Positions 12,591-23,993 of a DNA stretch of 64,000 nt are shown in pieces. The DNA comes from Octopus sinensis (taxonomy: Eukaryota): positions 52,836,464-52,900,463 of the forward strand of contig NC_043011.1 in the NCBI RefSeq assembly GCF_006345805.1, written 5' to 3'. The stretch's first letter is position 1, and every line of letters begins with the position of its first letter. The position numbers and the translations under genes are program-made. The notes under the pieces were generated by a model, which was given only the letters and a program-made list of their open reading frames with translations, was not told where the DNA came from and did no database searches.

Positions 12591-13050
12591 ATGTGAATGA
12601 GGTTCACAATAGCTAGATGATGAAACCCCCTCCTTGATACAGCTCCTCTGTCTCCCCTTTTTTTACCAAAGAGGCTGTGTTATTCTAACAACAACTCGCA
12701 TCTGTCAAATAATAACAGCAACAACAAATCCTGCTACAAACTGGAAATCTATTTATCAGGAGAGAGTTTAGTATCCTTGCTGTGACACCAATAAGTGCAA
12801 ATAATTCACTGAGATTAGTGATTTATTTGTAATTACAGTATCAATTAGTTGTTTTTTTAGTCCGACGTCAGCCCTAATCAAGCAGACCAAACATCAATGA
12901 TATGCATGCCTTGACCAGTCCATCTTGTATTTGGACATTTTGTAACATTGTCTGAAGTGTTCCTGTTTTAGTAGTAAGATGGTACATTGAGGTTTGTTGG
13001 GGATCTGTCTACTATTTCTAATAAGCCAAGCAATTGTATAGATGTACCCT

Positions 13051-13826
13051 TAGAGGTGGAAGGAAGAGTGCTAACAGCAGTTATGACCAGCTGACATAAC
13101 CCAGGAATATTACTGGTACTCAATGTAAAATCATTGTAAAGGAAGACAGAAGTGAAGTTGACACTGACAAAATTTGAACTCAGAACCACAAGAAAATGAA
13201 TTGAATGACAGGAGTGGAATTAGTCCACCTTCGTTATTAAATCTGAAATTCATTCATTTTAATGAAAATAATGATAAGTAGGGACAGGAGACAGAGATAA
13301 AAAGATGATGCAGATAAGAGATGATAATGAAGATTATTCAGATATGATAACAACGATGATGATGATGGTGATGATGATGGTGGTGAAAAGAAATGACAGT
13401 GAAGATTATTGGGATGACAGTGATACTGATAATAGTGCTGTAGAGGTGGAAGGAAGAGTGCTAACAGCAGTTATGATCAGCTGAGACAACCCAGGAATAT
13501 TACTGGTACTCAATGTAAAATCATTGTAAAGGAAGAAAAAAAGTGAAGTTGACACTGACAAAATTTGAACACAGAATCACAACTAAAATGAACTGAATGA
13601 CAGGAGTGGAATTAGTCCACCTTCATTATCAAATCTGAAATTCATTCATTTTAATGAAAATAAAGATAAGTAGGGACAGGAGACAGACATAAAAAGATGA
13701 TGCAGATAAGAGATGATAATGAAGATTATTCAGATATGATAACAACGATGATGATGGTGATGATGATGGTGGTGAAAAGAAATGACAGTGAAGATTATTG
13801 GGATGACAGTGATACTGATAATGGTG
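13051..13826 (+). repeat. 390-bp diverged tandem duplication (SINE remnant plus (GAT)n)
   Basis: tagaggtggaaggaagagtgctaacagcag starts at 13051 and 13441; the copies differ by scattered substitutions. Confidence 0.9.
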
Positions 13827-14399
13827 TTGGTGATAGTGATGATGACAGTGATGGAAATTCTAACGGCTGTCATACATATGATGAGGATAACGATATATAT
13901 ATATGATAATGATGAAAAACAAAATGAAAATGATAGTGTTGGTGAATATTTCTATGGTTACCAGCATGAAAATACAGATAAACAACACAGGTGTCCATTC
14001 TTGTGTTTGATTAAAACCATCAATACATTCAAAAAGAAAATATGTTTCATTGATTTTTACAAGTCTCCACCAATACAACGAATAACGTAGCTGCAATCAC
14101 CCACGCATGCCTGTAGCTCAATACAATCTCCTAGAAGAGAGTAAGGATGACCGAGTAGGAAGAGAACAGCAGACAACCATCTAAGAGGCTGGAGGTCTGT
14201 ATCTGGTCCTCACTGTGTCTACAATGCGTCCAGTTAATTGTAAATAGGTCCTACAGGATAGGAGCAACTTGCTGTTCCATACAGCATTGACAATTCAATA
14301 ATTTTCCATGCTAGGTTCAATTCACATGATGGAAACATCTATCTAGGACAGGCCAGTACCTTTCTAGAGGAAGATTTAGCTAGCATCTGCTTAATTCTT

Positions 14400-14925
14400 T
14401 ACTTTTTTCAGTCATTTTAGTCAAATGAATCAACACCAGTACTTTATTTTTTTAAAGCCTGGTACTTATTCTATCAGTCTCTTTTAACAAACTGCTAAGT
14501 TATGGGCACGTACACACCAACACGTGTAAAAGCATTCAATCGAGGTCATTACCAGTACTGCCTGACTGGCCCTCGTGCCGGCGGCATGTAAAAGCACCCA
14601 CTACACTCTCGGAGTGGTTGGCGTTAGGAAGGGCATCCAGCTGTAGAAACTGTCAGATCAAGATTGGATCCTGGTACAGCCATCTGGTTCACCAGCCCTC
14701 AGTCAAATCGTCCAACCCACACTAGCATGGAAAGCGGACGTTAAACGATGATGATGATGATCTATATAATGGGCTAATGAGCTTCTTTCAGTTTCTGTCA
14801 ACTAAATCCACTCAGAAGGCTTTGGTTGGCCAGAGGCAATAGAAGACACTTGCCCAAGGTGCCATGCAGTGGGACTGAACCCAGAAACATGTGGTTGGAA
14901 AGCAAGCTTCTTACCACACAGCCAT
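14400..14925 (-). mobile_element. SINE family A copy interrupted by a plus-strand RTE-tail element (~14525-14760)
   Basis: The family A 3' part (14400-14520) and 5' part (14775-14925) are split by ...gcacccactacactctcggagtggttggcgttaggaagggcatccagc...aaacgatgatgatgatga. Confidence 0.75.
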
Positions 14926-15669
14926 GAGAGATAAGATCTAGGCCCACAAAATTGGAATAATGGCAGCATGTCTGAGAAATGAATCCCATGATGTGGAGTG
15001 GCTGCTGCAGTGAGTATTGTTGACCATTCTCCACAACACCACCATTGTAGTCATTGCTGTGGGGCATGGCTGAACACCCCCCTCCCTTCCATTTTCTGCT
15101 GTTTTGCACCCACCCTTTTTTCTTTCTTTTCATTTTCTATATTTCCTTTTTTTTTTTCTGTTTCTTAGTATTTAAATGTTATAATTTAAAATGTGATCTG
15201 TTATACAATTGATTGTAGAAATAAAAAGAGGTGACATGGGATTTGTAAGTAGAAATATGATCATCATCATTGACAGAGGATTAGCTTAAACTCATTAGAA
15301 AATAGCATTTCAAAGACAGAATAAATTGGTGCTCCTCCCCTCCACCACCACCACCACCACCACCACCACCATAAAAACAAAGCTATAAATTAACATTATT
15401 TTTTAAGATGATGGCAGTTTTATTGTGTTTAAAAACCATGAGGAAGCATGACAAGTCCTTAAGTGGCTATGTAAACCAATCCTTGAACAACAGGCTCTGG
15501 CACACTTGGGACAAATATGGTGGCTTTGGTCAGATGGGGGTTCATGACAATGACCTTTTCTGTCTTTGACATTTTTCATATGCTACAATTGTTCTGGCCT
15601 TCTGAAAATTGCTTACAGCAGTCTGGATGTAATCTCACCACACTTCCCTCCTTCAGTGCTACAACTATT

Positions 15670-16070
15670 GAGCTGGTGGAATCATTAGCATGCTGGGCAA
15701 AATGCTCAGTGGTATTTTGTCTTTCTTTATGTTCTGAGTTCAAATTCTGCCAGGTCAACTTTTCTTCTCATCCTTTTGGAGTCGATTAAGTACCAGTGCG
15801 ACACTGGAGTCTCCCTACCTGCAAATTTCAGGCCTTGTGTCTATAGTAGAAAGGATTATTATCATTATTAGGGCAGCAAGCTGGCAGAATCGATAGCACA
15901 CCAAGCAAAATGTTTAATGGCATTTCGTCTGTCCTTACATTCTGAGTTCAAATTCTGTCAGGCTTGACTTTGCTTTTGGGGGTCAATAAATTAAGTACCA
16001 GTGAAACACTGGGGTCGATGTAATCGACTAGTCCCCTCCCCAATATTTCAGGTCTTGTGCCTTTAGAAAT
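15670..16070 (+). mobile_element. Two adjacent copies of tRNA-derived SINE family B
   Basis: gagctgg.agaatc.ttagca...ttctgagttcaaattctg...aagtaccagt...ctggggtcgatgtaatcgac motif occurs twice. Confidence 0.8.
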
Positions 16071-16091
16071 TATTATTATTATTATTTGTAA

Positions 16092-16126
<35 letters not shown>

Positions 16127-16315
16127 TATTAATTTATAAAAATATGGTAAAGTAAAAAAATTCACTTTACCACACACCGAACTTTTCAGAAATAGCAGCC
16201 AAAAATATGGCTATTTCTTCAACTGCAAATAAAAGTCTCCAGACAATGCATACTCAGAAAATAACTCACATAGGTATAAGGGAAAAACAATGAAAGATCA
16301 CATCCATATACGATA

Positions 16316-16377
16316 CCCGAGGACAGTCTGTTTCTGGATTTGTGGGTAAAACGCCACTTTTCCTTCATCAGCTCAGA
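16316..16377 (-). ncRNA. Type I hammerhead ribozyme motif, copy 1 (predicted cleavage between 16322 and 16321)
   Basis: Minus strand: UCUGAG-CUGAUGA-a-GGA aaa GUGG cguuuuac CCAC aaa UCC-a-GAAA-CA gac UG-UC|CUCGGG. Stem I UCUGAG/CUCGGG is 6 bp including 2 G-U pairs; the core CUGAUGA/GAAA is intact; the triplet is GUC; stem III is minimal. Activity is untested. Confidence 0.8.
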
Positions 16378-16877
16378 GATTTCTTCTTATTTAGATTTGA
16401 AAATACTAAGAATCAAACATACCCGTCCGATATCTGTAACATCGGACAAACCATGCCAGACACCCAGTACTAGCGAATCCAAAAATACGAATGAGATCTA
16501 TTATTCTCCCTGTCCACCCACGTGAGTCATAGAGCATTACATTTCTACAGAGGTAAAAACTGTAGTTCAAATTCTTGGAGAGAAAAGTATTATATTGTCA
16601 TCAAAAAAGGGGGTAGAATTAATTAATTGTTAATAAATTCGACCAAGCAGTATTCGGTATGTAAAGACCATTTACGGTGTATTTGAAGTATTAATTTATA
16701 AAAATATGGTAAAGTAAAAAAATTCACTTTACCACACACCGAACTTTTCAGAAATAGCAGCCAAAAATATGGCTATTTCTTCAACTGCAAATAAAAGTCT
16801 CCAGACAATGCATACTCAGAAAATAACTCACATAGGTATAAGGGAAAAACAATGAAAGATCACATCCATATACGATA

Positions 16878-16939
16878 CCCGAGGACAGTCTGTTTCTGGA
16901 TTTGTGGGTAAAACGCCACTTTTCCTTCATCAGCTCAGA
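16878..16939 (-). ncRNA. Type I hammerhead ribozyme motif, copy 2
   Basis: Identical to copy 1, offset +562. Confidence 0.8.
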
Positions 16940-17439
16940 GATTTCTTCTTATTTAGATTTGAAAATACTAAGAATCAAACATACCCGTCCGATATCTGTA
17001 ACATCGGACAAACCATGCCAGACACCCAGTACTAGCGAATCCAAAAATACGAATGAGATCTATTATTCTCCCTGTCCACCCACGTGAGTCATAGAGCATT
17101 ACATTTCTACAGAGGTAAAAACTGTAGTTCAAATTCTTGGAGAGAAAAGTATTATATTGTCATCAAAAAAGGGGGTAGAATTAATTAATTGTTAATAAAT
17201 TCGACCAAGCAGTATTCGGTATGTAAAGACCATTTACGGTGTATTTGAAGTATTAATTTATAAAAATATGGTAAAGTAAAAAAATTCACTTTACCACACA
17301 CCGAACTTTTCAGAAATAGCAGCCAAAAATATGGCTATTTCTTCAACTGCAAATAAAAGTCTCCAGACAATGCATACTCAGAAAATAACTCACATAGGTA
17401 TAAGGGAAAAACAATGAAAGATCACATCCATATACGATA

Positions 17440-17501
17440 CCCGAGGACAGTCTGTTTCTGGATTTGTGGGTAAAACGCCACTTTTCCTTCATCAGCTCAG
17501 A
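17440..17501 (-). ncRNA. Type I hammerhead ribozyme motif, copy 3
   Basis: Identical to copy 1, offset +1124. Confidence 0.8.
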
Positions 17502-17903
17502 GATTTCTTCTTATTTAGATTTGAAAATACTAAGAATCAAACATACCCGTCCGATATCTGTAACATCGGACAAACCATGCCAGACACCCAGTACTAGCGA
17601 ATCCAAAAATACGAATGAGATCTATTATTCTCCCTGTCCACCCACGTGAGTCATAGAGCATTACATTTCTACAGAGGTAAAAACTGTAGTTCAAATTCTT
17701 GGAGAGAAAAGTATTATATTGTCATCAAAAAAGGGGGTAGAATTAATTAATTGTTAATAAATTCGACCAAGCAGTATTCGGTATGTAAAGACCATTTACG
17801 GTGTATTTGAAGTATTAATTTATAAAAATATGGTAAAGTAAAAAAATTCATATATATATATATATATATATATACTTTATGTAAACTATATACACTTCAT
17901 TAA

Positions 17904-18120
17904 CCCTTTAGCATTCAGATTATTCTGTCAAATGTAATGCTTATCTATATACATGGATTTTAATTAATTATGTATTATCTTACGACTTCAAGATTTCAAT
18001 GAGGTTGTTTATTTTTATAATGACATTGTATGATAGGCGTGAGATGCTGGATATGGCCAGTTTGAGCATAAAAGAGGCAGAATATTTTGGCTGGATGTGG
18101 CTGGCTCAAATGCTGAAGGG
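17904..18120. mobile_element. piggyBac-type MITE (TTAA-flanked), family 1
   Basis: ttaa|ccctttagc...gctgaaggg|ttaa; homologous to 2219-2444. Confidence 0.75.
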
Positions 18121-18379
18121 TTAAATGTCATTGGGTTAAAATACAGTGAAGCGGAGTTTAATAGACTTGAGCTGTCTTCACTCATTTTGAAATGCAGTTT
18201 ACCAAAAGGGAATGTAATATGAGGTAAGGGTTTGTGAAATTACCACATGAAGATAGAAGAGGTTTACAGTAGCATACAGCATTTGTAGACAGAGTTACTT
18301 GGAACCATACCCAGATATCTAGTGAAACTGTGTTTCTTAGTGTATTGAATGTATTTAACATATTAAACCTTGTGTAGGT

Positions 18380-18725
18380 ATGTGGCCAAATGGTTAGGGT
18401 ATTGCATTCATGATTGCAAGATCACTGTTTCAATTCCTGGACTGGGTGGTGTGTTGCATTCTTTAAACACTTCACTTCATTCTGCTCTATGATAACTTCA
18501 ACCTCTGACATGTGGTACACCATGCAATCCCTTCAAAAAGATTGACAGGCAATGTCGATTTTTTGAAGGGATTGGGCTAATGTCCCCATTTGACCAAAAC
18601 CTATATATTTGCCCCAGCTGTGCTAGAGCCTGTTGTTCAAGGATTTGTTTACATGACCACTTAAGGGCTTGCCATCCTTCCTTGTGGTCTTTGGACATGA
18701 AAAACTGCCATCATAGCTGTGTGTG
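18380..18725 (+). mobile_element. SINE-like element with tRNA-like head and RTE-LINE-type 3' part
   Basis: Head tgtggccaaatggttagggtattgc...gtttcaattcctgg. The 3' part encodes YICPSCARACCSRICLHDHLRAC, resembling the C-terminal CxxC...SRIGL.SH.R.C zinc-finger motif of RTE-clade ORFs. Confidence 0.55.
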
Positions 18726-18869
18726 TGTGGTGATGGGGGAAAGAGGGGCACAAATTTATCCTGTCTTTAAAATGTCGTTTTCTAATAGAGTTTAAGCTAA
18801 TCCTCTGTTAATGATGATGATCATTATGACCTAGTTCTCATCTCCCATTTTTATAACAGTAAGTAGACG

Positions 18870-19365
18870 AAGGTGAAAAACAATACCAGTATTAATTGGA
18901 GCATTGGGTATGATAGAAAAATCATATGAACCAAAAACATAGAAGCTATACCTGGACCCGCAACACTACACATTGTCCAAAAAATAGCCCTGTTAGGAGC
19001 AGTCCACATCCTATGCAAGACACTATCATTTCAATAATATAACCCAAACAAAACAATCCACAAACACGAGACACACTCTATACAATAAGTATCCAATAAA
19101 ATAAAACAATGACCACATGTACTCTACAATCCGGATACCCAACAGAAGAACACAGCTTGCATTACACACACAACACACAATACAACAAAAGACTGCAACC
19201 AGACACCATAACAAAACAAACGGATGCAATACAATACTGGGAGGATTTTGCACTCCCCCAACAACAAAAAAGAACACATAATGCAGAACATATACCAGCA
19301 ACATGAAGGTGTAGCAGGTGATGCAGCAGAAATCTGCTTGAAATTATCTAATAATAATAATAATA
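18870..19365 (+). mobile_element. 3' end of a restriction-endonuclease-type non-LTR retrotransposon (R4/Dong-like)
   Basis: Frameshifted IGALGMI...PGPATLHIVQKIALLGAVHILCKTLS, resembling the QK.ALLGTA.ILR..L C-terminus of this group, followed by a 3' UTR and (TAA)n. Confidence 0.6.
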
Positions 19366-19374
19366 ATCCTTTCT

Positions 19375-19543
19375 ACTAAAGGCACAAGGCCTGAAATTTA
19401 ATCAACTGGTACTTAATCTATTGACCCTGAAAGGATGAAAGACAAAGTTGACTCCAATGGAATTTGAACTTAGAATGGAAGGACAGATGAAATGCTGAAA
19501 AGCCTTTTGCCTGGTGTGCTAGCGATTCTGCCAGCATGCTGCC

Positions 19544-19578
<35 letters not shown>

Positions 19579-19795
19579 TCTTTCTACAATAGGCACAGGG
19601 CCCAATATTTGCAAGGAGGGACTAGTTGATTACTTTGGCTCCAGTGCCCAACTGGTACTTTATTTTATCAAACCAAAAGAGGATGAAAAGCAAAACTGAC
19701 CTCAGCAGCATTTGAACTCAGAACACAAAAACCAAAAGAAATTCTGCAAAGCATTTTGTTTGGCATGCTGATGGTTCTGCCAGCTTGCCACCTTT
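19375..19795 (-). mobile_element. Two SINE family B copies
   Basis: ctggtactt...gaaaggatgaaag.caaa.ttgac...gaatttgaact.agaa...ttctgccagc motif twice, separated by (TAA)n. Confidence 0.75.
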
Positions 19796-20784
19796 AGGTC
19801 AATGTAATCAATTCTTACAATTTAAACCTATTGTAAACGTGAGTTAACAAAAAGAAGAAAAAAATCAATCTTCATAGACTACTACTACTACTACTAATAA
19901 TAATAATTACTTTCACTAAAGAACAATGCACTAGTGAAATGTTCATTAAATGAAGAAAAAATATAAAAGAAGAAAAGATTAGCTTAATTAAATTTCAAAT
20001 TAAACTGACTAAAAAAAAAAAATAAAGTTTGATTGTTATGCAGAAGAAATAATAATAATAATGATGATGATAATAAGGCTTCATTATTTGTGGGAGAATT
20101 CTGTCAAATTTACTGGAAAAACACTGGAATTGTATAATTTGTAAGAATTCCATTACTTTTTTTTTTATTATTTTCACCAGAATGTCAATAGTTCAGAGAA
20201 GGTCGAAGAACTCACTAATTCAAAAACCCATCACTGGCATTATGCTTCTATTTCTAACAAAAGACACTTTAACTCTCTTTGGCTCTGTTAACCTAAATTT
20301 TAATAAATATCATGGGAAGACAGGATTGAAAGCAGTTAAGAGAGGGATTTCGTAACAGTTGAATGTTTCGTTAGTTTCTAGTATTGATCTAAAGTCCTCT
20401 TTAATATATGATTGGAAATATATTTGCATTCTATAGGGAGAACCTCCCTTGATGTAGCCATAACTGATGACCATTTTCATGAGATTCACATGTACAACAA
20501 CTATTTTGTATTCAGGTAAGTGGTAATGTACCGAAAACACATTAAAAATGTTCTGAAAGAGTTTAAATTTGCCTTTTAGCTGATGAAAGAAAAACAAAAA
20601 CCTAGCAACAATTGCTTGTGACTTTCAAAGAAAAGGGAAGAAAATTTCAAGTAATTAAGAAATAATTTCAAAGAAAATTTAAATTTCATACTTGGCCAAA
20701 AAACTCTGATCTTTTTAGCAGAAAAGGTTACAGTTACAAGCATGTTTTAGTCTTATTAGATTTCATTAAAAAAAAAAAGGTTCA

Positions 20785-21010
20785 AAGGTCCTTTCTGAGC
20801 CATATGGCTAGTTTCCCAGATTCTGTGGTGTACATATTCTCCCATCCCTGGATAGGATGCTGTCCATTGGAGCGTCATACATAATTGCCAGCCAAGTAAA
20901 TTGGAGCAATGTGAAATGAAGTGTTTTGCTCAAGAACCCAATGCGTCACCCAGTCCAGGAATCAAAACCACAATCTTACAATCATGATTGCGACACCCTA
21001 ACCACACTAG
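20785..21010 (-). mobile_element. tRNA-derived SINE of another family (related pieces at ~35420-35520 and ~54650-54905)
   Basis: gaaatgaagtgttttgctcaaga...ccaggaatcaaaacca...accctaaccactag; the reverse complement gives an A/B-box-like head. Confidence 0.6.
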
Positions 21011-23382
21011 CACCATTTGCATAATTACTTCACTGAGAGATCTAAGATGAATCACAATCTGTAACTTGTCCCCTTTCTTGTTAATAAAGATCTGAAAAGC
21101 ATTAAATATATTGTGAAACTGATTTTTAATTTCTTGAAATTATTTTCCCTTTTCTCTGGAAGTTCCCTAACAATTGCTACCAGGTGATTGATTTCTCCAA
21201 CTAAGTGGTAAATTTCAAGTCATTGAGAATTATTTGTATATATCATTTGGTACACTATCATATTCCTGAATTCTCAAAATTCATGCCATTAACCCACTTG
21301 ACTTATTTCCCTTAGCTCACTTTTTCTTTTATATATTCAGTTCTGGCTTTATTACTTCTTTATTTATTTCTGTGAAGTGATAATGGATAAATGAGGATTG
21401 GAAGGAAAAGAGATTTTCTTTACAAAAAGCTATTTCAATAATTAAAAAGAATTCTTACTGGAATAGAAAAAATTAGTAAGCTAACGAAGGTTGTAAGAGA
21501 AATAGAGAACAGCTCTCTCTCTCTCTCTCTCTCTTGCACACACACCACACATCTGAAATTAAATCACCATGCCTTCTATATTCCTGTCTTCAGGCAATTA
21601 CACACACACGAATTATCAACAATTCTACTTGAGAGATAAAAATAGCAAGCAGCCATAGATGGCAGGTTTGGTTTGAAAAATGTAAGAGAGATAAGATAAG
21701 AAACCTACTGAGTATTTTCTATGCACAAACCGTTAGAGAGTTTCTTTATATCTTTACCCAAGGCCAAGAAGGGCAGCTAGCTTCATGGATGCTGGTTCCT
21801 CAGAATTAAAATGACAAATCTCAGAAAATATGCCTTAGGATGGATGTCACAGTGTTTCATGTAGAACTTAGATATCCATTGAAAATAAGCAGAAATAGGC
21901 AGACAAGATTTTTGTAGACAAAGACAGAGGCAAAGATAAAAATCGGTGACCTTTGATCTCAGAATAAGAACCCTCTCAAAAGTTTATATAATGATCATAT
22001 TCTATCTTTAACAACTTGACACATCTGGCTTCTCTTTCAATCATGTTACACTAGTAATCAGGAAATAGACAGAAGGAAAATATACAAAGCTTGTTTCTTT
22101 TCTTAAAAATATTCTAATATATATTCAGATGTGTTCGGTGAAGAGTGAATGTTAGCAAGAGAAGAAAACAAAATAGAGAGGTAAGAGGGTAGGGAGTTGG
22201 ATCCGTCCTTAAACTATCTTTAACATTAAAAGGGGGGGAAACTGAGACTAGCAAAGTTTTTTTGAAGTTAGTGCAGGGTTCATTAGAATCAAATATAAAA
22301 ACACAATGTTTATGGAGTTTTCTTTTGAGGAATGAAGAGAAAGTAGATAGGAGAAATGGGAAAACGTATTTTTAAAATATTAAATATCGTCTTTGAAGAT
22401 TGAGAAAGAAGAAAAGTATTATTCATGCGATAAATATTGTAAGAATAGGGAATGAAAATGGAAAAAAAAAAAAAATTAAAAAAAAAAGAAGAAAATTTTA
22501 CATTTTTATCTTTCTCAAAAATTGATGGCTGTAAGAATTGAAACTACCTCTACCATCACCAAAATTTTATTGAGGACAATTTGTAGTGAAAGATAGGAAG
22601 TTTTCCTTTATTTAACAATGATAAAAAAGAGTTAAACGGTTTATTAAACACTGAAATGTTAGATTATATGTAAAGGAAGCAAAAAAAAAAAAAAAAAGAA
22701 AAATAGTTGGTTTCATCTTCAATTTCTTAGAATTCAGAGATGGAACATTAACAATTACATATTACAGACATGTGTATGCTATTGAAGTGTTAAAAATATC
22801 TTTTTTTCCTTTTTCTTAAAGCAAAGCTACATAATTACACATTACTGATGACATATGTAGGATTTATTAAAAAGAAATTTCCATCCAACAAATCCGTTAT
22901 GACAAGTATCATGCATATTAGAAATTCATTCAACCATCCATCAAACATCTTAAGAGTGCCCTGTAGCTTGAATATCATGTGCCAGTGGTTTCTGTAGCAC
23001 TGTATGCTTTTGCAAGCCTAATACCCAACCCCACTTGAAACAAGATAACACCCCGCCGCCCTAACACATACAAGAATAATTATATTATGCATTTAAAAAG
23101 TTCACTCCAGAACCAGACCGATGTGGGTTCAATGTCTGCCTGACACCGTGGAAAAATATCTTTTAGCATTGCCTATTGTTAACCAATGCTTTGTAAGTGA
23201 AATTTGGTAGATGCAAAAATGTGCAGAATCCTGTTGTACACACTCACACATATGTACGTGTATGTGTGTGAGAGAGAGAGAGAGAGAGAGAGCATGAACA
23301 TGTGTAAACAAGGGTCTGTGGTTAAGAACTTTGCTTCACAATCATTGGGTTTTGGGTATGGCACCTTAGGCAAATGCCTTAA

Positions 23383-23600
23383 CCCTTTTGTTACCAACCC
23401 GGCTGAAAACGGCTCTGGCTCTGAGTACAAACGTTTTGTTTACATGAGTTTTGAATTAAAATCTTCAACCAAACTTTAGTCACAATTTATGTTCCTAACA
23501 CTAGATGAATGATGACTAAGTTATTTTACTAAATTCTTTGTCATTTTTAAAGTAATTGAAAGAAACACAGCATCTCAAAATAAATACGGCAACGAAAGGG
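23383..23600. mobile_element. piggyBac-type MITE (TTAA-flanked), family 2
   Basis: ttaa|cccttttgttacc...gcaacgaaaggg|ttaa; near-identical copy at 55979-56188. Confidence 0.8.
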
Positions 23601-23993
23601 TTAAGTTGATCACTACTTTGTGATTGAAAGCTGCATAGAAGCACATCGTGTGTGTGTGTGTGTGTGTGTGTGTATGCATGCACATGCGCATGTGTTAGTC
23701 CCCATGTCACTTTATACTGACATGACACTGTTTAGGTAACATTGACATATGTGCTACATAAACAGTGTGTCTTCCAGTTGAGAGCTTTGATGTGTGAAGC
23801 CCAGTTGAAGAAAGTAACTTACTTGAAAATAAGAAAAAAAGGCATTGGGAAGAACATCCAATGATAAAACACTACCTTGAGAAATTTTGCCCAATTCATA
23901 ATCAACATAGAAAAGGTAAACACAAGAACAATGATGATAATGAAGATGAAGTGTGTATATATGTTTGTGTATATTGGTGTAAACTGTAGAACA

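Larger units (their letters stand above)
16124..17850 (-). repeat. 562-bp tandem array (3 full units plus 41 bp) embedded in (TA)n; hammerhead-containing, retrozyme/Penelope-pLTR-like
   Basis: aagtattaatttataaaaatatgg starts at 16124, 16686, 17248 and 17810. The units look identical by eye. (TA)n tracts flank both ends. Confidence 0.95.

Noticed and set aside
11938-12607. Ser/Pro/Leu- and Arg/Glu/Gly-rich ORFs
   Set aside because: Translations of the GA-rich low-complexity tract.
13697-14090. Asp-rich / Met-rich ORFs (also 31801-32179)
   Set aside because: Products of (GAT)n tracts, with no splice or homology support.
16340-17649. Three identical 61-aa plus-strand ORFs
   Set aside because: Non-ATG start, no recognisable domain, and antisense to the hammerhead. 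They are identical only because the 562-bp unit is repeated.
16124-17850. CRISPR-like or recombinase-array interpretation of the tandem repeat
   Set aside because: There are no unique spacers, the units are identical over 562 bp, the context is eukaryotic, and no cas or recombinase gene is present.
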